A stretch of 64,000 nt of DNA from a virus. A program made the position numbers and the translations under genes. The stretch covers positions 15,320 through 79,319 of the IMG/VR virus record IMGVR_UViG_3300008108_000034; one strand, written 5' to 3'. This document shows, in pieces, positions 9,533 to 15,841 of this stretch. Position 1 is the stretch's first letter. Each line of letters opens with the position of its first letter. The notes under the pieces are model-generated. The model saw nothing but the letters and a program-made list of their open reading frames with translations, ran no database searches and was not told the origin of the DNA.

Positions 9533-10081
9533 TCAAATGATCTTTATGAATCTTAACACTGATATTGCAAATACGACGGTAACAAGCACACTCATACCTA
9601 TGAAATACCACTTGTACCTGTCACACTCTTTTTTTAATTTTTCCATCTTCTCAAGGTAGACACTGATCATACCTTGTAGATTGCTTATCTCATTCTCCCG
9701 CTCTGCTATCTCCTCTTTGAGGATATCCTCCATCTTGGTATCGCGGATGTACCTGTCCACATTCCTGATCACTTCCCTGGTCTTGTGGTAGATTTTCTCA
9801 TCAATAATCAACATGCCATCGGCCACTCTGATCCTGGTTCCTGACTCCAATGTAGTATCTATTTCACAATCAGATCCTACAAATATAGTGTCTATTGAAC
9901 TGGAAGTGTGCACATAGACCGTATCTTTAACGGTTGTCACCACAGTGGTGTCATTGACACAGTACCCTTGTCTTACGACTTCCTTGGCAACCTCCTCAAA
10001 CATCTTGCGGTCCTTCAACACCTTTTTGACAGGGTTGCAGGAAAACAGCAGAATGGACAATATCAGAAAGAATACCCTCAA
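9533..10081 (-). CDS. candidate unimolecular spanin
   Basis: N-terminal lipoprotein signal (MRVFFLILSILLFS-C), central beta/coiled-coil region, C-terminal TM (WYFIGMSVLVTVVFAISVL). Confidence 0.7.
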   Translation of the reverse strand: MRVFFLILSILLFSCNPVKKVLKDRKMFEEVAKEVVRQGYCVNDTTVVTTVKDTVYVHTSSSIDTIFVGSDCEIDTTLESGTRIRVADGMLIIDEKIYHKTREVIRNVDRYIRDTKMEDILKEEIAERENEISNLQGMISVYLEKMEKLKKECDRYKWYFIGMSVLVTVVFAISVLRFIKII

Positions 10082-10350
10082 CGTATAAAGTTCTTAAGTT
10101 TAGTCAGAATCGCATCTGGAGCAAACAATAAACCCAATCCAACAGCTATTCCCCATATGGCGTCAGACCAACCACCTTCCATCACAATCGCTGAGAACAA
10201 TGAACCAAGTATGATTACTGCACCTAACGTTGTAGTAATCAATGACTTGATTACATTACGCCATAGAATCTTCCGAAGTGGGGACTTCTGGATCGTCTTC
10301 TTTTTTTGCAACTCCTCTTGTTGGCAAGGAGCTGGGTTCATTTCCTCCAT
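10078..10350 (-). CDS. candidate holin (2 TM segments)
   Basis: Two hydrophobic helices (SLITTTLGAVIILGSLFSAIV; AIWGIAVGLGLLFAP) and a basic C-terminus; coupled to the spanin gene. Start uncertain (ATG 10350 or 10341). Confidence 0.6.
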   Translation of the reverse strand: MEEMNPAPCQQEELQKKKTIQKSPLRKILWRNVIKSLITTTLGAVIILGSLFSAIVMEGGWSDAIWGIAVGLGLLFAPDAILTKLKNFIR

Positions 10351-10579
10351 AACTCGTATTCTTATATGTGTTGCAAACACTTTGTCTAACTCTGTCTATC
10401 TCTTTTTCAAGCATGTCCACCTTGGTTTGCGTAGAGGCGTCATTTGCAAGAAGGGTTTTCACATCTCTCTTAAGTTCAGATATTTCCGCCCAAAGAAGTA
10501 TTCCAAGTATGGTGATCAACCCTGGAGTGATATACTCCTTGACCCTGGATATTACAGGATCCTTACCGCTGTTATTCAT
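10256..10579 (-). CDS. single-TM coiled-coil membrane protein (lysis-cassette associated)
   Basis: TM segment ITPGLITILGILLW followed by a coiled coil. Confidence 0.6.
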   Translation of the reverse strand: MNNSGKDPVISRVKEYITPGLITILGILLWAEISELKRDVKTLLANDASTQTKVDMLEKEIDRVRQSVCNTYKNTSYGGNEPSSLPTRGVAKKEDDPEVPTSEDSMA

Positions 10580-10644
10580 TTCTAATCAGGATACATATAC
10601 ATTACAATAAAATTTAAGCATAAAAGGTCAAAAAAACAAGTAAA

Positions 10645-11112
10645 ATGAACGATATCTGCGTACCCAATTCAGTCTTGCAATCCGAAGAGGAATTCAGGAA
10701 CTGGTACTTGAGGATGACAGCCAGGCTGTTTCCACAGGTCGAGAAGGTTTATGTTTCAGAAATACCCACAGATGAAATCGAGGCTTCGATTGTGAAGACC
10801 TTTGAGAGGATTCTGTCCTGGACAAACTTCATATACAACAACGACTGGTCTGTGATTCCGTACAAAAACAAATCCGGAAGAGCGACCAAGAAATTTCTAG
10901 ATGTAATCAGCACAGCTTGTAACATACTGCTGTCTTATTACGATATTGCAAAAAAATCATTTGCTAGAATGATCAACATAAATCATTCAAACATACTGTA
11001 TTACATAAGAAGACATAATGCAAGCTGCATGTACAAGGAGTATGTGCGTAACTACAATAAACTATTAATCTGCCTACGTGATGAAGGAATTATTTCAACT
11101 ATTCAGGGATAA
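10645..11112 (+). CDS. putative DNA-binding protein with a DnaA-C-terminal-like HTH
   Basis: SFARMININHSNILYYIRRH resembles the DnaA domain IV HTH (R.H.TV.H). Confidence 0.5.
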   Translation: MNDICVPNSVLQSEEEFRNWYLRMTARLFPQVEKVYVSEIPTDEIEASIVKTFERILSWTNFIYNNDWSVIPYKNKSGRATKKFLDVISTACNILLSYYDIAKKSFARMININHSNILYYIRRHNASCMYKEYVRNYNKLLICLRDEGIISTIQG

Positions 11113-11668
11113 CAATCTGACACCCAATGGATATTATATTCTCCATTGTATTGAAAACAAAATCGAAATGGATCTCAGTCTTGCCTATGGGACTGAGATC
11201 CATAAACTAAAGCTTCAGGGATTCCTGGATGATAAGTCAAGTCTTACAGACAAGTCCATAAAGGTTATTACGGATGCTGCGCGTCTGGATCCAGTGAAAA
11301 CAAAAGGTGGCAAAGAAGTCATACCATCTGATTTCAAAGATAACTTGTTGAAATTCAGGAATTTATTTCCAAGTACCGTTGATGTGGGACGTCCTGTAAG
11401 AAGCACTGTGAAAGATTTGGAACCAAGAATGCTATGGTTTTTCAGAAGTTATCCTGATTATACATGGGAGATGGTGTTGTCAGCCACCGCTAAATATCTG
11501 GAATCCCAGAACGGTGATTACAGATACTGCATGACTGCGGCATATTTTATAAAGAAAGATGACAAAAACCGAAGTACATTGTCTACATTAGCTACATGGT
11601 GTGAGGCTGAAAATGATGAGGAAAAACCTCAAGCCAATCCCTTTGTAGGATTCAATAGACTCGTGTGA
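11078..11668 (+). CDS. hypothetical protein, possibly replication-initiator-like (N-terminal wHTH)
   Basis: 196-aa ORF with a wHTH-like N-terminus (LKLQGFL) and an F.NLFP...V..AT.KY...AYFI.K C-terminal domain. Confidence 0.5.
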   Translation: MMKELFQLFRDNNLTPNGYYILHCIENKIEMDLSLAYGTEIHKLKLQGFLDDKSSLTDKSIKVITDAARLDPVKTKGGKEVIPSDFKDNLLKFRNLFPSTVDVGRPVRSTVKDLEPRMLWFFRSYPDYTWEMVLSATAKYLESQNGDYRYCMTAAYFIKKDDKNRSTLSTLATWCEAENDEEKPQANPFVGFNRLV

Positions 11669-11910
11669 CAATGAAAACAATGATGGAGTTCATACTCAGA
11701 GTGGAAATAGAAAACGACAAAGTACAAGTGTCGTTGCATAACGTAGAGGACGTCTTTGAAGTGGAACCGACAGAGGATTCACCCGAGGACGTCCTGAACG
11801 TTCCCGGAACCACTACTTATGGAATGGATTACGTAAGTACTTTTACTTCCGACATGGACACCATCAAATGGATAATTCCGATAGATATCGGATTTCCTGA
11901 AGACGAATAA
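11665..11910 (+). CDS. small acidic hypothetical protein
   Basis: 81 aa with about 19 D/E versus 4 K/R; its stop runs into a hairpin. Confidence 0.6.
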   Translation: MTMKTMMEFILRVEIENDKVQVSLHNVEDVFEVEPTEDSPEDVLNVPGTTTYGMDYVSTFTSDMDTIKWIIPIDIGFPEDE

Positions 11911-11933
11911 GGGTCCTCCGAAGAGAACCCTTA
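11908..11933 (-). terminator. C(UUCG)G-capped hairpin, probably a terminator between convergent genes
   Basis: - strand TAAGGGTTCTC-TTCG-GAGGACCCTTA: 11-bp stem with one G-U pair. Confidence 0.75.
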
Positions 11934-11969
11934 AACAGTCTAACTAAAAAAACAAACGAAGCGCACTTG

Positions 11970-12000
11970 CAAAAGTAATCAATGCTCGCCGTAATGACAA
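11970..12000 (-). promoter_or_regulatory. Bacteroidota-type sigma promoter (TTG-N20-TAnnTTTG)
   Basis: - strand TTG (12000-11998), a 20-nt spacer, then TACTTTTG (11977-11970). Confidence 0.5.
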
Positions 12001-12143
12001 GGCATCACCTTTGCTTTTGGATTGGTATTGGGGGTGACACCCTTGCTACCTGGAGTTGTTTGAACTGAAACTTTCTTGTTCAGTCCTACGAATGTTCCAT
12101 TACTACCTGGAACCTTCTGCACTGTTGCCTTTGGATTTTTCAT
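11979..12143 (-). CDS. small basic protein (54 aa) with internal repeats; not in ORF track
   Basis: Hand-translated MKNPKATVQKVPGSNGTFVGLNKKVSVQTTPGSKGVTPNTNPKAKVMPCHYGEH; starts 2 nt after the upstream stop. Confidence 0.7.
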   Translation of the reverse strand: MKNPKATVQKVPGSNGTFVGLNKKVSVQTTPGSKGVTPNTNPKAKVMPCHYGEH

Positions 12144-12145
12144 GA

Positions 12146-12298
12146 TTACATTCCTTTTTTAACCATTCCTGCATTTTTGTAAGAGCCACCCATTTTTTTG
12201 GATGGTACAGCTTTCATGGGGACTTTGTTTTTTCCTTTGGTACCACCTTTTCCCATTAGGTTACCACCCATTCCTTTTTTTGGTTTTGTAATTGCCAT
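12146..12298 (-). CDS. small basic K/G/M-rich protein (50 aa); not in ORF track
   Basis: Hand-translated MAITKPKKGMGGNLMGKGGTKGKNKVPMKAVPSKKMGGSYKNAGMVKKGM; A-rich start context. Confidence 0.75.
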   Translation of the reverse strand: MAITKPKKGMGGNLMGKGGTKGKNKVPMKAVPSKKMGGSYKNAGMVKKGM

Positions 12299-12304
12299 TG
12301 TTTT

Positions 12305-12640
12305 GATTTTTAATTAGTTAGTATTATTTATTTTTGTTTTTCTTGGTGGATCCGCCTTTTTTTAGTCTAGGTTGTAGATCACTTATTTTATAAGGATAAG
12401 TTTTACCCTCTTGACGATATCGCTCCATTTGACCCATTCTATTTACCGCTTCACGCCTACCTTGGATTTCATAATTCTTCTTTTCCTCATCTGTTGCTAC
12501 CATTGAAGGCTTTTTTAAAAGTTGTTGACCAGCATCTTGAAACTTTTTGAGTTTAGTTCCTTTTTTTATAGCAGTGCCTGCTGCTGATTTTTTCATTTTA
12601 GTTTTCATTTATACAGATTTTTAATTGGTTAGTATTATTT
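12305..12640. repeat. 25-bp direct repeat (24/25 identical) flanking the 94-aa gene
   Basis: GATTTTTAATTAGTTAGTATTATTT at 12305-12329 and GATTTTTAATTGGTTAGTATTATTT at 12616-12640. Confidence 0.85.
12324..12608 (-). CDS. small basic protein with LKKFQ...KKGG motifs
   Basis: 94-aa Lys-rich ORF in the tandem cluster. Confidence 0.75.
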   Translation of the reverse strand: MKTKMKKSAAGTAIKKGTKLKKFQDAGQQLLKKPSMVATDEEKKNYEIQGRREAVNRMGQMERYRQEGKTYPYKISDLQPRLKKGGSTKKNKNK

Positions 12641-12910
12641 CTTTTTGGATTTCTTAGCACCTGCGATACGATCTGCAGCAGTTGCTTTATCATAAGGGGG
12701 AGCCAAAGCAGCGAAACGCTTAGTTTTGGTGGTACCACCTTTAGCATACATTGCATAGTTACTCATGGTATCACCAGAGATAGCGACAGGCTTCTTGGGT
12801 GAACGAGTGTTCATCACAGCTTTTACGCTGGTTCCTGCTGTCTTTGCAGTGGATGATCCTTTGCTCTTGCGAGCAGGACTGACTTTTGCTTTTGATTTGT
12901 TGCTTGCCAT
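12635..12910 (-). CDS. small basic protein with YAKGG motif
   Basis: 91-aa Lys/Ala-rich ORF. Confidence 0.75.
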   Translation of the reverse strand: MASNKSKAKVSPARKSKGSSTAKTAGTSVKAVMNTRSPKKPVAISGDTMSNYAMYAKGGTTKTKRFAALAPPYDKATAADRIAGAKKSKKK

Positions 12911-12912
12911 TG

Positions 12913-13101
12913 TTATTTCTTTTTACGCATTTTACCTAATGTTTGAGCAAGCGCCGCTTGACGCTTGGTTCGAGTGCTTGCCTTGCTACCCTCTTTAAGA
13001 ACGCTCTTTGCATATGCACTCACTGACTTACCTGCTGCTTTCGCTTTGGCTGTGAATGCACCTGGACGCTTGATAGCTTTCTGGATCCACTTCTCAGCCA
13101 T
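12913..13101 (-). CDS. small basic phage protein (WIQKAIK.PGA type)
   Basis: 62 aa, MAEKWIQKAIKRPGAF...A.LA.TL; a type I recall from environmental phages. Confidence 0.8.
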   Translation of the reverse strand: MAEKWIQKAIKRPGAFTAKAKAAGKSVSAYAKSVLKEGSKASTRTKRQAALAQTLGKMRKKK

Positions 13102-13102
13102 G

Positions 13103-13303
13103 TTATTTCTTTTTTGGAGGATTGGTTATACCACCCATAACCGCTTTTTGTAAGTCTTCGGTTGCTTTTAATACTTCACGCATCAAACCTTTATCCTTCT
13201 GGATATCGGCTGCACGCTTCAGAGTATCCATCGCAGACTGAACTTTCCAGTTACGTTCCTCTTTGGACATCTGAATCTTGGGTGTCGATTTTGTCTTTGC
13301 CAT
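13103..13303 (-). CDS. small basic hypothetical protein
   Basis: 66 aa, tightly packed in the cluster. Confidence 0.75.
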   Translation of the reverse strand: MAKTKSTPKIQMSKEERNWKVQSAMDTLKRAADIQKDKGLMREVLKATEDLQKAVMGGITNPPKKK

Positions 13304-13330
13304 GTTGGTTGGTTTTGGGTGTAAATATAA

Positions 13331-13612
13331 TTAGCAATTCCATTTTCGCAAAGACTTGTTTATCCTTGAGTTAGGATCATTGGCTGTCTTTGCTGAAGTC
13401 AACTTGGCTTTCATACCTTTCATCCTGGAACAGAATGACTTACGTCGTTTTGCGTCCTTACTCCCCTTCTTGATTTTGGAAGGTTTGGTGGTTACTGCAG
13501 TCTGCAGTTTGCTACCAGGATTTGCTCTACGATATGAAGCAACACCTTTAGCATTGAGACCCCCTTTGGGATCCTTGCCTTCCTTACGCTGCCAACTTGG
13601 TGTTTTTGCCAT
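13331..13612 (-). CDS. small basic phage protein, DUF6321-like
   Basis: MAKTPSWQRKEGKDPKGGLNAKG...RRKSFC.RM.G...DPNSRINKSLRKWNC. Confidence 0.8.
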   Translation of the reverse strand: MAKTPSWQRKEGKDPKGGLNAKGVASYRRANPGSKLQTAVTTKPSKIKKGSKDAKRRKSFCSRMKGMKAKLTSAKTANDPNSRINKSLRKWNC

Positions 13613-13851
13613 TACTTCTTCTTTTTGTATTTGTAATCAGGGTTGTCCTTATGCCATTTCTTGGTGGAGGCAACCCCCTGTTTGACTGTCTTTGCCTTAC
13701 CTATCTTGGTAAGATTGATGGTATCCCACTTACCTTTATCCTTGGTAGGATGGTTGACCATGATATCTCCAGGCTCGCCTTTACCACGCTTGTTGGTCTT
13801 CTTGTAGACCACATGCTTCTCACCGCCAGCTGTAACCTTGGTCTTCTTCAT
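13612..13851 (-). CDS. small basic hypothetical protein
   Basis: 79 aa, coupled to both neighbours. Confidence 0.75.
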   Translation of the reverse strand: MKKTKVTAGGEKHVVYKKTNKRGKGEPGDIMVNHPTKDKGKWDTINLTKIGKAKTVKQGVASTKKWHKDNPDYKYKKKK

Positions 13852-13988
13852 TTCTTTTTTGAAGCTGCCTTGATCTTACGCTCCTGCTTGAGCATCTGTT
13901 TAGTGGGTTTCTTACCTGAACCTTTGTTGGCGCGGATGTTGTCCCACAATCCTCGTTGGGAGTAGGATCCATCAGCACGCTTGATCAT
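13848..13988 (-). CDS. small basic protein (46 aa); not in ORF track
   Basis: Hand-translated MIKRADGSYSQRGLWDNIRANKGSGKKPTKQMLKQERKIKAASKKK; ATGA overlap with the next gene. Confidence 0.75.
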   Translation of the reverse strand: MIKRADGSYSQRGLWDNIRANKGSGKKPTKQMLKQERKIKAASKKK

Positions 13989-13999
13989 TTGTTTCTTTT

Positions 14000-15538
14000 T
14001 TACGGACATGGTATTTGAGTAAAGCTATATGTAGTTGCAGTAAGTGGAGAAGACACTGATGGAGCAACAAATGAACCAGCTCCTGCGGTATATGCATTGT
14101 ATACAGTGATCCTATAATCAAAGATATCAGTGAAGTCTACAACAACATAACAAGCTGGTCCATAAAGAGAGGAATATATCTGAGTAAGAATAGATGTGGC
14201 TGTTACAGTATCAGCTAGATCTACATATCCTCCTCCATTGAAATCAGTAAGATTTATGGTAGATACATCATTCAATCTATCTATGTATTGATCAAATGCT
14301 GGTATGATGACCTCCATGCAACCAGGATCACAGGACGATGAAATAGTATTGTATACGGTCTTATCAGTATATGGACCACTTGGTTCCACATATATTGGTA
14401 GAATATCTGCATAACTGACCGATGTAAACACCAATATCACATAGACCTGGGAAAATGAAGAATCATAGTACGCCAAGACATTACATCCATATGTTGAAGC
14501 TATTGTTGTTGTCCATGTTGCAGGATCATCGGCAGGAAGTCCATCAACAGTTTCACCACTTCCTACAGAAATTACAAATGCATAACAGCTGGCACATGGT
14601 GTGTCGCAACTGGTTACATAACTTTCACCGTCAAAATTTGGAGTACCTCCGCCTATTTTTACTGATACAAATTTAGCAGGTCTTGCACAAGTGTATGCTC
14701 CACATATGACTGTATAAAACTCTCCTGTGGTTCCATTTTGAGCATTTGTCTGTATAAGAGTTATTTGAGGACCACTTATAGCTCTTGCAATTTGCTGGAC
14801 TTGATCAAAATTGTCAATCCTTACAGGAAGAGTTAAATTAACAGCAAGTGCTGCAACATAACCTGTATTTGAACTAAATTGAAAAGAGGTAAACTCAATA
14901 TCTGACGGAGATGTTCCGCCTCTAAATAGCCACGGAGTAAGGTTTTCTGGACTTATATAAGTAGGATTGCACGTTACTCCTGGTAAAAACTCAATTGGGA
15001 AAGTTGTTACATTGGAATTAACATCAAACGTAACAGACCAATTGGGTACGGATGTTGTATTGATGTACAATATAAGTTTAAATGTTGCAGAAGTTGGAGT
15101 AGAAGAAGTTGTATATAAAACACCCCATGTATCGTAACCTAAATCCTGTAAATCTGTAAATACCCTTTCCCAAATGTTTGTTGTTAGAACAGTGCTGGTA
15201 TCCACATCTGTTATAGTAACGGTTCCTGAGTAAACTAACGATAAATTATCAGTTACAGTTGCGTTATTTGATGTATAAACACAAGGTGGCTCGAAGGATA
15301 TGCAGTTATAGATCAAGCTCTTCTTCCAGGGGTATATCATGTACTTGTACTTCCCGCTGTTTAGAAGACGCCAGGCTGCATCAGGCTGGTTGTTGTCCCC
15401 ATAGACCACAAGCTTTTCATACAGCTTGCGCATCTCACGCTGAGTCCAATTATTGACACCACCCCTAGGACCTCTCCAAGGCATAGATCGCATCTGCATG
15501 ATGCAGTTCCATAACTGTTCTTTTTCAGCAGGTGTCAT
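14000..15538 (-). CDS. beta-rich Thr/Ser/Cys-rich putative virion surface/structural protein
   Basis: 512-aa ORF: charged N-terminal ~85 aa followed by a T/S/V/Y-rich beta-strand-like region. Confidence 0.6.
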   Translation of the reverse strand: MTPAEKEQLWNCIMQMRSMPWRGPRGGVNNWTQREMRKLYEKLVVYGDNNQPDAAWRLLNSGKYKYMIYPWKKSLIYNCISFEPPCVYTSNNATVTDNLSLVYSGTVTITDVDTSTVLTTNIWERVFTDLQDLGYDTWGVLYTTSSTPTSATFKLILYINTTSVPNWSVTFDVNSNVTTFPIEFLPGVTCNPTYISPENLTPWLFRGGTSPSDIEFTSFQFSSNTGYVAALAVNLTLPVRIDNFDQVQQIARAISGPQITLIQTNAQNGTTGEFYTVICGAYTCARPAKFVSVKIGGGTPNFDGESYVTSCDTPCASCYAFVISVGSGETVDGLPADDPATWTTTIASTYGCNVLAYYDSSFSQVYVILVFTSVSYADILPIYVEPSGPYTDKTVYNTISSSCDPGCMEVIIPAFDQYIDRLNDVSTINLTDFNGGGYVDLADTVTATSILTQIYSSLYGPACYVVVDFTDIFDYRITVYNAYTAGAGSFVAPSVSSPLTATTYSFTQIPCP

Positions 15539-15678
15539 CTACCTTGTCCTCTATATGCTTTTTTATACAACTTGCTGGACTTCAGCTTACTAGACTTAGT
15601 CTTAGCATGAATACCAGGTCTATTGACCTCTTTCTTAACAACCGTCCTTACGGATTCTGATTTCTTAGGCTTTGCCAT
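15535..15678 (-). CDS. small basic protein (47 aa) ending YRGQGR; not in ORF track
   Basis: Hand-translated MAKPKKSESVRTVVKKEVNRPGIHAKTKSSKLKSSKLYKKAYRGQGR; ATGA overlap with 14000-15538. Confidence 0.8.
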   Translation of the reverse strand: MAKPKKSESVRTVVKKEVNRPGIHAKTKSSKLKSSKLYKKAYRGQGR

Positions 15679-15699
15679 ACACTATAATATAAGCAAAAT

Positions 15700-15822
15700 T
15701 TATTTGAGAATCAACCACAAAACCAATGCTCCAATGGTCCAAATACACCAGTTGGGTACGCTTGGCAAATATGCATCGATTGATTCGTTGATTCCTGCGA
15801 TAATGTCTTTGATGGTTTTCAT
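15700..15822 (-). CDS. small membrane protein (40 aa)
   Basis: MKTIKDII...WCIWTIGALVLWLILK; A-rich context before ATG 15822. Confidence 0.55.
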   Translation of the reverse strand: MKTIKDIIAGINESIDAYLPSVPNWCIWTIGALVLWLILK

Positions 15823-15841
15823 GATGTGTTTTTGTTTAAGG

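Noticed and set aside
6133-15538. Diversity-generating retroelement targeting the fibre genes
   Set aside because: No reverse transcriptase and no TR/VR pair differing at adenines was found by eye in this window.
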